Assembly (NCBI GenBank): GCA_004431415.1
Contig: QPMI01000491.1
Location: forward strand, 70,590 to 134,589
From: Cyanophora paradoxa CCMP329
Taxonomy: Eukaryota; Plantae; Glaucophyta
Reading direction: 5' to 3'
DNA length: 64,000 bases
A program made the translations under genes and the position numbers. Within the stretch, counting starts at the first letter, position 1. Every line of letters starts with the position of its first letter. The notes under the pieces are model-generated. The model had not been told where the DNA came from, did not search any database, and worked only from the letters and a program-made list of their open reading frames with translations. Below are positions 14,701 to 28,100 of the stretch, piece after piece.

Positions 14701-17700
14701 TCTCGCGGGCCATGGCGTCGGCGCGGTCGCGGCCGCGGGCCCCCTCCGCCGCCGCCCCCTCCAGCGCCCTCGCCCGCTCGATCAGCGCCAGGTTCTCGTC
14801 CCTGCCACGGCCCGCCCCGTCAGAGGCGATCGACCTTGTACGCGGCACGAGAAGAAGGCACCGGATGCCGGCGACGAAGGCCTTCAGCTCGCCGACCTCG
14901 GCCTGCAGGTCCTCCTTCTCCTCCGCGAGCCGCCGGTTCGCCTCCTGCACCTTGGCCGCCCGCTCGCGCACGCGGAAGGCCTCCTGCTGCGTGCTCTTGA
15001 TCTGCTCGGCCAGGCCGGCGTTGTCCTCCCGCAGGCGCTCCACCTCCCGCGCAGCCTCCCGCAGCTGCGCGCCCGCCCCAGGCGCTCAGGTGGGACCGTG
15101 GCCCGGGATAGAGGCATCGCACCCGCTTCTCGAGCTCCTCGGCGCCGGAGCCGGAGCCGGCCGGGGCGGCGGCCGCCGCCGCCGCCTCCTTGTCCTCCTG
15201 GAACTTGCGCAGGAGCGCCGCCATGCGCTCGTTCGCCTGCCGCTGCACCAGCGCCCCCTGCTCCGCCTCCGCGCGCGCCGCCTGCGCCAGCGCGCGTCAA
15301 AGGGAAGAGGGGCGGCGGAGCGGCGAAGGAGAGGGCGGGCGGGCCTCGAGGGCGTCGCGCTCGGACTGGAGAGAGGCGAGGAGGCCGTCCGCCGCCTCCT
15401 TCTCGAGCCGCAGCGTCCGCAGCGCCGCCTCCGCTTCCCGCAGCCGCGCCTCCGCCTCCGCCGCCGCGGCCGACGGGGCCGCCGCCTCCTCGGCGACGAC
15501 GTCCCATCCGTCGCCGCCCTCGTCGCCCCAGCCGTCCGCCGCCGTCGGGGCCGCCCGCTCCCGCCGCTCGGGCGCCGCCGCCGCCGCCTCCTGCCTCTCG
15601 GGGGCCGCGAGGGCCGCCTCGAGCGCCGCCGCGAGCTCCCGGATGCGCTCCTCTGCGCGACGGGAGCCCCCGTCAGAGACGGAAGGCCGAGGCGGAGGCG
15701 GCGGAGGAGGGGGCGATCCGAGCGCACCGCCCTCGTCCCGCTGGCGCTGCAGCTCCTCGAGGCGCGCCTCCGCCCGGCGCCGCTCCTCCCGCGCCGCCGC
15801 CTCCGCCCGCCGCTCCGCCTCCGCCGCCCGCGCCTCCGCCGCCGCCGCCCGCGCCTCGGCCTCCTCCTTGCCCGCCGTCGACGCCGCCGCCTCCTCCGCC
15901 TCTGCCAAACGGCCCTCAAGCTCGAAGGCACGCGTCTCGGCCTCCGCCAGCCGCCGTCGCGCCTCATCCAGCTCCGCCGCGGCCGCAGCCTCGCCCGCGC
16001 CGGCCGAGGACGCCGCCTGCGGGGCGCGGTGAATCGGCCGCAGTTCTGTGTGCGCAGGTCGGCCCCCGCACCTCTGCAGCTGCCTCGGCCGCCGCCAGAA
16101 GCTCCTTCAGCTCCGCCGCCCGCGCCTCCGCCGCCGCCGCCCGCGCCTCGGCCTCCTCCTTGCCCGGGGCCGACGCCGCCGCCTCCTCCGCCTCTGCCAA
16201 ACGGCCCTCGAGCTCGAACGCACGCGCCTCCGCCTCGGCGGCCCGCGCCTCCACCTCCGCCAGCTGCCGCCGCGCTGCTTCCAGCTCCGCCCCGGCCACA
16301 GCCGTATCCCCGCCGGCCGAGGACGCCGCCTGCGGGGCGCGATGAATCGGCCGCGGTTCTGTGTGCGCAGGCCGGCCCCCGCACCTCTGTAGCCGCCTCG
16401 GCCGCCGCCAGACGCTCCTTCAGCTCCGCGACACGCGCCTCCGCCGCCGCCGCCCGCGCCTCGGCCTCCTCCTTGCCCGGAGCCGCCGCTGCCGCCTCCT
16501 CCGCCTCTGCCAAGCGGCCCTCGAGCTCGAAGGCACGGGCCTCCGCCTCAGCGGCCCGCGCCTCCGCCTCCGCCAGCTGCCGCCGCGCTGCCTCCAGCTC
16601 CGCCCCGGCCGCCGCCGCGTCCCCGCCGGCCTGCGACGCAGCCTGCCGGGAGATCAGCCGCGGTACTGTGCGGGAAGGCAAATTCCAGCCAAGGCACCTC
16701 TGCAGCCGCCTCGGCCGCCGCGAGACGCTCCGCCAGCTCCGCCGCCCGCGCCTCCGCCGCCGCCGCCTTCGCTTCGGCGTCCGCGGCGCGCGCCGCGGCC
16801 TCCTCGCCGCCGACCGCCGCCTCCTTCGCCGCCTCCAGCGCCCGCTCCGCCGCCGCGGCGCGCTCCTCCGCAGCCGCGCCCCGCGCCTTTGCCTCCGCCA
16901 GGGCCGCCGAGGCCGCCGCCGCCGCCTCCTGCAGCTTCGCCTGCGCCGCCGCCGCGCCCGCCTCTGCGGCGGCCGTCGGCGCTTTTCCTTCGCAGGGGGC
17001 GCGGGCATGCGGCGGGCGCACCGGCTTCGCGCGCGGCCTCCCGCGCAGACTGCACCTCCGCCTGCAGCGCCGAAACGCGCTCCTCTGCGGCGGGAGCCTT
17101 CAGGGACGAAGAAGGTACCCATCAGAGCGGAGCCGCGCACCGAGCGCCCGGCGGGCCTCGTCGTCCTGGCCGGCCGCGGCTTGCTGCGCGGCGCGCTCCG
17201 CCGCCGCCGCCGCCTCTTCCCGCGAGCGCTCCGCTGCGGTGCGCGCTGAGGACGGGCGGGGGCGGCGCGAGGATGGGATGAACGGGGCGGGGCGCACCGG
17301 CGGCCTTCGCGGCTGCGGCCTCTTTCTCTGCAGCCTCCGCGCGCGCGCGCAGCGCAGCTGTTTCTGCGAGGCGATCGTTGGCGGCGAGCCCGGCGCGCCC
17401 CGGGCGGCCCCGCACCCTCGTTCCGCTCCGCAGCTGCCGCCTCTGCCGCCGTGACTCGCGACTCTGCGCGGCGCGGCGCCTGAGCGGGTGGCAAGGAGCG
17501 CACCGGCAGGCACCGCGCCGCCGCCGCACCGAGGGCCGCCCGCAGCCCGCGGCCTCGCCGGCCGCCGCCTCCGCCGCCGCGGCGCGGGCCTCGGCCTGCG
17601 CCAGCCGCTCCGCCGTGTCCCGCTCGGCCGCCGCGCGCTCCTCCCGCTCCCGCGCCAGCGCCGCCTCCGCCTCTGCCGCCCGCGCCGCCGCCGCGCCCTC

Positions 17701-17721
17701 ACCGTCGCCCTCGGCAGGCGA

Positions 17722-17754
<33 letters not shown>

Positions 17755-18853
17755 CTCGAGCTCGGCGGCGCGCTGCTTGAGGGCCTCGTGCTCGCCCTTG
17801 AGGCCCTGGAAGGCCGTCACCGCGCTGCGCAGCTTGCCGCCGGCCTCCGCCAGCCGCTCCGACGACTCCTTCGCCGCCTTCTGAGACTGCGCCGCCCGCC
17901 GCCCGTCAGCCCGTCAGCCCGGGCCGTTCGCCTTGCGGGAGGGGCGGCCCGGCCCGGCTCGCCTCGTCGCGCTCCTTGCGGGCCTCGTTGCGCTCGGCCT
18001 GGAGCCTGCGGAGCTGGCCCTCGATGGCGCCGCGCTCCTCCTCCGCCGAGCGCGCCTGCTCGTCGATCGTCTCCGCCAGCCGCTGCACCTCCGCCTCCAG
18101 CTCCGCCACCCGCGCCGCCGCCGCCGCCGCCGCCGCCGCGCCCCCCGCCGGGGCCGCGGGGGCGCCCTGGCGGATCTTGTCCTGCAGCCGCTCCGTCTCC
18201 TCGAAGAGGGCGTCCCGCTCGGCAGAGACTGCGGCGTAGAGCTCGCCCCGCAGCTTCAGCTCCTTCTCCAGCTCCGCCACGCGCGCCTCGGCCTGCGCGG
18301 CGCCGGCGGCCTCCCCCGCGGCCGGCCGCGCCTCGAGCTCCTTCACGCGCTCGCCGAGGCGCGCGAGCTGCTCGTCGGCCTGCGCCTTCTCCAGCCGCAG
18401 CTTGCTGAACGCCTCCGCCAGCTTCCGCAGCTTCGCGTTCGCCTTCTCCAGCTCGTCGCCGCCGCCGCTCTCGGCCTGCCGAGATCCATCGGCGGGCGCG
18501 AGGCGGCGGCAAGCGCGGTCGTAGGAGGCGCAGACCTTGGCCTTGAGCTCGTTCAGCTCCTTTCGCAGCGCATCGCGCTCCTCGCCGACGCTCACAGCCA
18601 AATCCGCTGCGTCGTTCCTCGCCTCCTCCAGCTCCCGAATGCGCGCCTGGAGCGCGGCCTGTGCGAACGAATCAAAAGATGCACGCGGGAGGCGAGCGAA
18701 GGCCGCGCGGGCGGCATCGAACGCAGAACGCCGAATGCGGCTGGCCGTGGGCGCCGCTCGGTGAAACACGCGAAGCTAGCTGGCACTAGAAGACCGCTAG
18801 CGAGCAAGAAGCGTCGATCCCTCCCCTGCTCCCGAGCTCACCTCATCCGCCAT
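11762..18853 (-). CDS. Long Ala/Glu/Arg-rich coiled-coil protein with a C-terminal hydrophobic anchor (golgin-like), multi-exon
   Basis: Proposed start MADE|gtgagc at 18853. Exons such as LQARIRELEEARNDAADLAVSVGEERDALRKELNELKAK and MERLREDNAGLAEQIKSTQQEAF are heptad-rich. The C-terminus reads ARLCFLNALFFG|ALFLLYFFMISRY...WRG*. Confidence 0.65.
15820..16700 (-). repeat. Three tandem ~290-310 bp exon+intron modules inside the coiled-coil gene
   Basis: CGCGCCTCGGCCTCCTCCTTGCCC recurs at about 15850, 16142 and 16455. The introns at about 16017-16071 and 16330-16384 are nearly identical. Confidence 0.85.
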
Positions 18854-19001
18854 GTCGCCCCCCGCCGGCGCTCCGTGTGGCTGGAGCGGCCCCGCAACGA
18901 CAAACGCACTTCCTCCGCGTGCGGCCGGATGCCCTAGTTCGCTCGCCGACGAAAGCGCGACCACACGCCGTACCCCCAGAAAGAAAAAAGAGCGAAGCGC
19001 G

Positions 19002-21328
19002 ATGAAAGAGCCCAGCGAGAAGGAGATCAAGAGCTTCCTGCGCGAAACACTCCTAAATGAGGACCTCGACGTGCGCCGCCGCCTCCGCCGCCGCCCGTTC
19101 AGTTTGGCCTGACGCGCCGGGCAGCAACTGACCGTCAAGATGGTGCTCGTTAAGCTGAACGGTGAGCGTGCATGCATATCGCTCGAGCTAGCGTCGCCCG
19201 CCGGGGCTGGAATAGGCCCTCGGCCGAAATCGCTCCGAAGCTCGCGAAGCTGAGCCCGGCACGCCGATTCCGACCGAGGAGCTCTTTCTCAGCATCGGAG
19301 CAAAGATCCTTAGCTTAGCTCCCGTGCGCGGCCCGGAGCGCGTGGGCGCTTACTGCGCCCCCGCAGAGCGTTTCAGCATCGACTTCTCCGAGAAGAAGAA
19401 GAAGGTCAAGGCGTGGCTCGAAGAGCTCATGAACGTGCGCGGCGCTGCGTGCGGCCCGCGCGCGGCGCGCTCCGATCGTCCCGCGCGCGCAGGAGGAGGA
19501 GAAGGCGAGCTCGGAGGAGGACGCGAAGAAGAAGACGCCGAAGCGGATCAGGTGCGGCGGGCCGGCCGGGCGCGGGCGGGCGCGGGGCCTCGCCGGCGAC
19601 CCCGGGGCCGCGCGCGCCGCAGCGCGGCGGACGTGGCGCGGGCGACGGCGACGCCGCAGCGGCCGGGGTCGGAGAAGAAGGCGAAGGCGACGCCGTCCGC
19701 CAGCAGCAGCAAGAGCGCCTCCAAGGTACCCGTACCCCCCCCCGGCGCTCCCGACCGGCCCCGGCCGAGACGCCCCCTTCCCCCCGCCCCCCGCCGCCCG
19801 CCGACGCGCCGCCGGCAGAGCGGGCGGTCGGAGCGGTCGGAGAGGAGGGCCGGCGGCTTCCCCACGTGCAAGCTTAGCGAGAAGTTGACCGAGTTCCTGG
19901 GGGTAGACAGCCTCACGCGGGGCGAGGCGCGTACCCCCCGCCCCCGCAACCCCCCCCCCCACCCCCCCGTGCCTTCTCCGTCCCGCCCCGCCCCGTCGCG
20001 CGCACCTGACGCCGCCACGCCCCGTACCCCCTCTCCCTTCCGCCCTCCCGCAGGTGGTGAAGGCGATCTGGGACTACATCAAAGAGTGCGCGGGATTCGC
20101 TGTACCCCCCTCGCCCGCCCGCCCGCCCGCCCGCCCGCCGACGTGCCCCGCCCGCCGCCGCGCGCAGGCGCGGCCTGCAGAACCCGAACAACAAGTGCCC
20201 TCCCTCTCGCCCTTCCGCGCCCGCGCGCCCCCTGCAGCTGACAAGATGCACTGCGGTGCGCGGCGGCAGGCGGGAGATCCACTGCGACGCGAGGCTTACG
20301 GAGCTCCTCGGGGTCGACAAGTGCACCATGTTCTCCATAAACAAGTTCCTCGCCCCGGTCCGCCCGCCCCGCCCCCTCCCTCCGCCCCGCCCCGCGCAGA
20401 AGCGGCGGCGGCGCCGCCGCTCGGTCCGGTTCCTGAGCGCCGTGGGCGCAGCACATCCAGGGGTCGGACGGGAAGGGCAAGCGTAAAATGGAGCGGGGGG
20501 AGGGCGAGGACGGGGAGGGCGGAGAGGGGAAGGAGAGGAAGAAGCGGAAACCGTCGGGCGGCCTCGCAAAGCTCTGCGCCCTCTCCCCCTCCATGGCCGC
20601 CTTCCTCGGCGTCGACCGCCTCCCCCGCACCGAGGTCGTCAAGCGCATCTGGCGCGTACCCCCTCCCCCCGCCCCCCGGTGTCCCCTACCCCGTGCCCCC
20701 CGGCGCGCTGAACGCCGTACACCCCCATCCAGGGCGTACATCAAGGAGAAGGAGCTGCAGGACCCGAAGGACAAGCGCAACGTGCGCGGCGCCGGCGCGG
20801 CGCCGGGGCCGGGGCCGCCTGCGGGGGGCGCCGCTGACGCGGAGCCTGGGCCCCTTGTGCAGATCATCTGCGACGAGACGCTGAGCGCGGCGTTCAAGGG
20901 GGCGAAGAAGATGACCATGTTCTCGATGAACAAGCTCCTCTCGCAGGACGGCCACGTCCGCGCCCTCGAGGAAGTGCGTGGTCGTGGGCGGGCGGGCGGC
21001 CGCCCGCGCCCTCGCCTTGTCTCTTTCTTCCGTCCGCGCTGATTGTTCGGCCCGCGCGCAGACGACGGCCGTGCTCGCCAAGGAAGAGGAGGAGGAGGAG
21101 GAGGAAGATGAGGAGGAGGGCGAGGAGGAGGAGGAGGAGGAGGGGGGCGCGGCGGAGGTGCCGGCGACGAAGCAGGAGCCGGTCGCCGTGAAGCAGGAGC
21201 CGGCGGGGGCGGCGGCGGCGGCGGCAGCGACGGCGGCGGCGGCGGTGGCGGCGGCGGCTGTCAAGAAGGAGGAGAGCGAGGAGGAGGAGGGCGACGGGGA
21301 GGACGAGGACGTCGATCTCGACAACTGA
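19002..21328 (+). CDS. DEK-C + two SWIB/MDM2 domain protein (UAF30/TRI1-like), 13 exons
   Basis: DEK-C: MKEPSEKEIKSFLRETLLNEDLDQLTVKMVLVKLNERFSIDFSEKK. SWIB1: LSEKLTEFLGVDSLTRGEVVKAIWDYIKERGLQNPNNKREIHCDARL. SWIB2: LSPSMAAFLGVDRLPRTEVVKRIWAYIKEKELQDPKDKRNIICDETL. Acidic tail. Confidence 0.92.
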
Positions 21329-21519
21329 TCGCGGGCCCGTACCGAGGGCTGCCCGGACGGGATTTAGCTTTAGCGCAGCGTACCCCTCTAGCGTAGGCGC
21401 TCATGATCAGCGACATGCAGCACTAGTGAATTTTCGCACGTGTCCGCTGGGGGTGAATTGCAGGTCATGTAATTTACTGCGAAAACCACGAAATCAAAGA
21501 GGGTCCAGGGTGGCGAACC

Positions 21520-21830
21520 TTCCCCCGCCCCCCCTCGCCCCCTCGCCCCCTCCCCCCCCCCCCCGCCCCCTCCCTCCCTCCCCACCTCTCCCACCCCTCC
21601 TCCCTCCCCACCTCTCCCCGCCCCCTGCCCTCCTCGCCCTTGCAGCTATCCCGTCCCTGGGGTGTGTGCTTGACCTTTCACTCTCAAATATTAATTGAAA
21701 TTGTGGAACTAGACCTAGATCTTGCTTGACCTCGAAGCCCACTGCCCGCCCCGCCCCCTGCCCCCCCCCCCCCCCCCCCCCCCCCGCCCCCGCCCCCCGC
21801 CCCCGCCCCGCCCCCCACCCTCCTTCCATC
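21520..21830. repeat. C-rich low-complexity tract (G-quadruplex-prone on the - strand) between convergent genes
   Basis: Runs of C4 to more than C20 with short spacers. Confidence 0.7.
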
Positions 21831-22150
21831 TGAGTACCTCCGAGCTACAGCTGCATTGAATAGTAGACAATGTTATTCAATTAAATCGATGCTGTACAGA
21901 AGTGCTCTCATTAACCATTTACACCTAACATGAACAAGTATGTCGCTGCGTATTGGTGTCTATATATATATAGCTATCGAGTTAACGTTCAAGCTGCTAT
22001 GTGTCAAAGGAACATCGCATTTCAGAACAGGCAGAACACGCAAGTTGCCTTGAGCTTCACCGAACTTTGTCTTCGAAATTCCTCACTGACCAATTTGGGT
22101 CGACCGCTGATCATAAAAAGTTTGGGTCCGTTGACTTTGATTTACTTGAT

Positions 22151-25100
22151 TTACACCGGCGGCGCCGCCGGCGCCGCGGCCGGCTGGACGTCGACGCGGT
22201 TCGGGTTGCGGCGCCGCCGGACGACGATGACGACGACGACGGCGACAGCGACGATGGCGAGCACGGCGCCCGCCGCTCCGACCGCCGCCGCGATCGTCAG
22301 CGTGTTCGACGAGGACTCCGCGGCGGCCGGGATCGGGCTCGACGCCGGATTCGCGGTCCCGCCGGGGACCGGCGAGTCGACCGAGACGGGGGCGCTCACA
22401 GGCGCCGTCACAGCCCCTCGGAGGGCGCCTGCAGATAAGAAATTAAAGGCTTCGCCGTTGACGTCTACGCATGCGCACCGGCGTTCGCCACGATCTGGAC
22501 GCCCGTGACGCGGACGCCGTTGACGACAAGCGCGCCGGCGAGGGCCTTCTGCTGGATCGAGACGGCGAGCGCCTCTGCCGTCACGTTGCTCCCCGCCGCC
22601 GCCGTGACCTCGATCTGCCGCGACGTTTCAGATACACTTAAAGACTAAGCGATCGTGCCGTCTCACCGTGAGAACAACGGATCCCTCCCGTCGGCTGAGG
22701 ACCTTGAATCGCGATACCGGCACGCCCTCGAGCTCGGCGAGCCCCGCCAAGAACTGCGCGAAGGCGGCCACGGATCGGCGCCGCGAATTAATATTGGAGC
22801 AGGCACTCGCACGCACTCGCGCGTCGCTCGCGTTGGTCCACGTCGCGTAGTTGCCGTCGAGCACCAGCAAAAGCACGGAGGAGGTCGGGGCCGCGGCGAA
22901 AATGTCCGCCGAATTGACCTGGTATGCCTTCACGGCCGAGACCTAGATTGAAAACGGGCGGCTTGAGAAAGCAACGAACGTGCCATGATGCACAGACAAA
23001 GCGTAAGATACTTTCGCACCATCGCCGCCCATCCCTGGGACTGTATGACGCCGTTGCTCTGGAAACGGATCACGAGCTTGCTTCCAAGGGACTGCACTGC
23101 TGGTGGCGGGAGCTCCGGGCTCCCTAAAAAGCAGCCATCAGGGAAAGAATAGTATAAAGCAAATTAAATTAAAGGGATCCGTGAACCTGAAATATTGAGG
23201 AGAAGATCGGCGTTTTGCATGGGTTGAAGAGTACCAGTACTGGTGCTGACTGTCCCGTTCGCCGCATTCGAAGTCGACGTCGTCGCATTCAAAAGTCGAA
23301 CTTCTTTCGCCGCGATCGAGCTCGAGGCCGTTGAAGCGAGCAGACCGGACACCATTGTGTCGATCACCTGCCATTGTACAAGTCGAGCGCGCAAGATCTA
23401 TAGCTATATATAGCTAGAGCCTCGCACCTGAAGAAAGTCGACGCCACCCTCAGTCGACAGGAACGTTGTGTTGAAAACAAGCGACGCTCCCACGGGTCCC
23501 TCCACCGTCCTAAATTAAAGGGGATGTGATCATGAGCTAACTTAGTTAACGGGTTCCATCAATCACAATCTAGATCTTTGCCCACCAGGTGCACAGCGCG
23601 TCCGGGAGATACGTGAAGGAAGATTCTTGCCCGTTGCTCGCGACGGCGACGACGCTCCCGAGCTTGTCCAGAGCAAGCTTGATTTCGCCGTTGCACGCTT
23701 GCTTGTCTGCAGCAACAATCGATATTACATCCACAATCACAGTCAGAGAATTGAGGCCGACCTTTCCTATAGGAGGCGCGGAAGCCCTGGAAATTGTTGA
23801 CGCGGTCAGAGGTAAATGTCACGTAGGCTCGCCCCGACGAGGCGGCGACCGCCCGGCCCTCGGGATTCACAGCGCCCGAAATCTCGGCGATCAAGCGGGC
23901 GTCGGCGCTGGGCCCGTCGTAGACGCGGATGAGGTCTTGGCCGGGCTCCGTGTCGACGAAAGTGAAGTTGAGGAGAATCGATCCGTTGCCCGGCGGAGAA
24001 ACGAGCCACGCGCAGAGCGAGTTCTCCACATACGGCTGGCTTCCGGAGCCATCGTCGAAGGTTCCTTCGCTAGTGTTTAACTGCGTAAGGCGCGCGCAGA
24101 GCTGCTCCGGAGGCGGGACGTCCCAATACTCGAAGAGGAATCCTTCGCCCGTGTTCGCAGCGTTGGACACGAAGTACACAGTGAGGGCAGTGATGCCCTC
24201 CGACGAGATGAACGACGTCTGATTGAAGGCATCACCGGCGCTGGTTCCGACGGTGCTGGCGTTGTAGGACCCGGAGAACTTGCCAAGGATGGAGCCCTTC
24301 GTCGAGGCGCCGTCGATGACGGAGACGAAGTCGAAGCCCTTCTCGAGCGCGAGCTCGCGAAGCTCGACCCGCACGCGCCCACCGGAGCTCGAGTGCACCA
24401 CCCTGCGCAGGACCGAATCAGAACCGCGCAGGCCAGGCCCGGGCAGGTGAGGAAGGAGACCAAGCGCAGGCGGTCTTGTCGGAGTAAGGGCGGTCGCCAG
24501 ACCCATCCGTGAAGTTGCGGCGCTCGAGGGTCGCGTTGAGCGTCTGCGCCGCCTCGCAGTAGCGGACCGTGGTGTACGTGGCCTCGAAGCCCTGCAGCGG
24601 CTCGAGGCCGGATGATTGGAAGACGACCCTGACGCTGGAGCCCGTGGACTCGTAGAAGAACGTGTTCCGCTCTGTTGTGTTGCCACGGACGAACGGGCCG
24701 GAGCGCTCCGCTGCCGCCACGTAGCTTCTCCCTGCTTCCCGCTTCAGCGGTGTGCCAAATTTCTATAATTTAGAGCTGCGATCTAGAGCCGCGGCACCTT
24801 CAAATATGGTGATCGTGGCACCACCCGCCTCCAAGTCAATGAACGTGAAATTCAGTTGCAGGAAGCCGGGGGAGTCCGTTTTCAGGACCCTGCGCAGTTG
24901 AAAATGGAATGGTCAGATCTCGCGATCGTGCAGCTAGCCGAATTGCAATTCGGAGTTCGAGTGAATCGGATGGTATATACCATGAGCAGAACGTTTCCGG
25001 CCTGTACAGAGCGTCCCCGGAGCCATCGTTGAACGAGCCCGAGCCGGCAGGCTCGATGCGGCGCCTCGCGCAGTAGGGCGTTGATTTGGCTGCTCGCGCG

Positions 25101-28100
25101 TCAAGACAGCCTATATTCGTCAAAGAAAGGCAATAGACCGGTTTTGTAAGTCGCTGTGAATCCGTTGCTGAGCTCTGCAAGGCTTCCAGAGACGAAGGTG
25201 ACGGTCATAGCACTTCCAGACGAGCGGACGGTGAAGGGAACTGACGGCGTTCCAGAGGTCCTGTTCAAAAGAGTAGCCGATGTATCTGGGCCGTCATAAA
25301 TCTGGGTTCAAGAAATGAGGAGACGATTGAATCTGGCCATGGAGGCCAAAAGTGCTGGAATCGATATCGATGCTCACCCTCACAATGCCGCTATCAGCTT
25401 TCGTTGCGAATGATGTGAAGGTCAATTCTATCGGAGATTGACTGGTGCTCACAAGTTTCCTGAGAACGCAGATGTAGAATTTTTCGAATCAATGGAGTTT
25501 TTGAGGAGACCCATGGCCATGCAAAAATGACGCACCACTCGCAGTTAGTATTTGTCCCGTAATTAAAAGGACCGCTACCGTCGCTCAATGTGCCCTCTGA
25601 GTACACGTATATTGTTTCTGAACCCTTGCAGAACTGGTAGTAAAAAAGAGTGAAGCCGCCAGCGCGCGTATAAGAGTCGGAAGTCCATGTCACGAGCAGA
25701 TAGTTGGACGGATAGGCGAATAGCCTCGAAGGCGAAACCCGAAAGATGTTGGGGGTATTGGTGCCAACTCCAACATCCGTGCCCAGAACACCCGAGGCTA
25801 CGTATGATTTGTTGACCCTTCCATCGACCATGTGGAAAACCGTAACGAAATCGTATCCTGCGAAAGCTTTTGATTCGCGCGCTGAAAAGATTTGAATTCG
25901 CAATCGTGAGATCGTACCCTTTTCGGTGCTGAGATTGTCGAAAGACATCACCACATCGCCAGTGCCGGGTGGCATAATGGCCCAGTTGCACTCCATGTTG
26001 TCGATATAATTTCGGCGAGGACCGCTACCGTCCGTCACGCTCCCCGAAGGGCCAAACAGTTTGACCGGCCGGGAGAGCGAGGAAGCGCAAACTGCACCAC
26101 CGCACGCGACGGCATCTTAGATGACATATATTCACGACGATATATATAATTAGATATACGAATACTTTATTGACGCACGTGGATTATAATCAATTGAGAT
26201 GCCAGCAGCAGCAGTCGTCGATTCCATGCCGAAGCGAAGAATTAAGGGGAAGCCAGAGTAGGGAATGTCCCAGTAGAGGTCTTCAGTCAGAGCAGGGTAG
26301 ACTATCCAACGCCCCAGCCAACGGCGATCAGTAGTAGTACGGCGAGTGCAATCTTCGGTCGTGTACGTGTACGAGCGCTTGTACCACGGCGCCCACGAGT
26401 ACGGAGCATACGTCCCCGTCACCGTATTCTCCTCGCAGACTTGCAGCATGTCGTCAGGCCCTGTTGAGAGGAATCACCGTCTGTCGGGTCTCCGGATCCA
26501 TCGGAAAACGAAAGAGAGCACCTAGCACTGTTCCTTCTTTGAAAGTGACATATCCAGTGTTCACTCCGTAAAGAATGAACTCGCATTTCTGCGAGGTACC
26601 ATGAGACGACTTCGCTCAATGCGATGTCTGACCTATAGCTACGTACCAGTCCCTCGGTGTAAGGGAAAGGCCCGCTGCCGTCTGTGATTGTGGCTGCCCC
26701 CCAAACGCTTGCGCGTCCGTTGCACATTTGCCACCACGTAAGAGTAAAGCCGTTGGCTTCCGTATTTGCGGCAGAATCGCTCGTGAAGAGCACGAACACT
26801 TGGGTTCGCTTGGTCGAGCTTGATATATAGTCTGTGTAGACTGGCGTCAAGCTCGAGCTAGGAATGATCATTTCGGCCACCGAAGGGTAGCCGGAGTCAA
26901 AAACCTGATCGATATGAAATTAAACGTGAGTTCGAGGTTAATCAATGCAATTGAAAAACTGGCAAAGCAATGCGATGCGAATTCCATTGGGGAGCCGCGC
27001 ACCTGGAGCGTGTCGCCAGAGCCGAGAGACTTGCTGATGTTGAATACGATTGGCCCCGTTCCGAGAGGATTGATGATCCACCCGCACTTTGTCCCGGGGC
27101 GGTACTTCGAGGCCCCGCTTCCGTCTGTGATCGTTCCGGACTTCGCGAAAATGTTTGATCCTTCAGGCACACGCTGGATCCCATCGCAGAAGACCTTCCC
27201 TCCGATCGCTGTTCGACCGGTCTCAATTGAGAGCTCAAGCTAAAGGGTTTAAGCCTCCTTTTGCTGAGTGCTAGCTATAGCGTGCGCGTGCGAACGCACC
27301 GACGGAGACCGTCACTGATATCTTGATGGAAGAGGTGAGGTCCAAAACGTCTGTTGCTGTGATTGTGAGCTCAGTAGTGCCGACGGAAGCAGCCTGGTAG
27401 CTAGGTCAGAAACGCTGCAGACAGATGCGCGGCAGATCCAGATGCAGACGCGGAGCTTTCAGGATCACCTTGAAGCCGAGCATGAATTTATGATCGGGAA
27501 ATCTCTCGAGGAGATGATAGTCTTCGATCGTCAGAGACGAAGAGGAAACCACTGACTCCGCAGAGCTTTGTACGGTGAAGGTCATCTCGTCCGGGAACTG
27601 GTCCGACAGAATTTCGAAAAACTCGAACGCTGACTGATCAAGAGGCGTGGTGATAGTTGTAGGGGCTCCCCTGAATCTCGGTGCTGCATTCGATTGCAAG
27701 GCTTCAGAAAGGCTTTCCTTCGATTGAGTTGAGCACCACTAGCATACGCATGCGCACGATTTGCGATAAGGACAGTGATCGTCCTCCGGCTTGTCTGCCC
27801 GATGTAGTCGCGGGCCGAAAGAGTGACCACGGCCGTGCCCTTCGCATTTTTCACTGTTTTGAGAATGACCTTCCCACTGTCGATGCGAGCCGTGACGCTG
27901 GAAGAGTCCGACTCGACGCGCAATACAAGCTCTCGCTTCTCACAATCGAAGATGGCACAGAGAACTGTATTCCGCCGCTTGGCTGTGAATGCAACTGGCA
28001 GCTCCGTAGCTACAGCCTCGTCCGAGCGAAGAGTGACGAAGTCGGACTCGAGCGAGAGCTCCGGGGCTGCCGTGCCAGAAACAGCTTGAGTTTATTTTGA

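Noticed and set aside
13932-17503. Very long ORFs (1105 aa on +, 805 aa on -)
   Set aside because: Arg/Pro/Gly-rich shadow frames of the GC-rich spliced coiled-coil gene. Stop codons are simply rare at this GC content.
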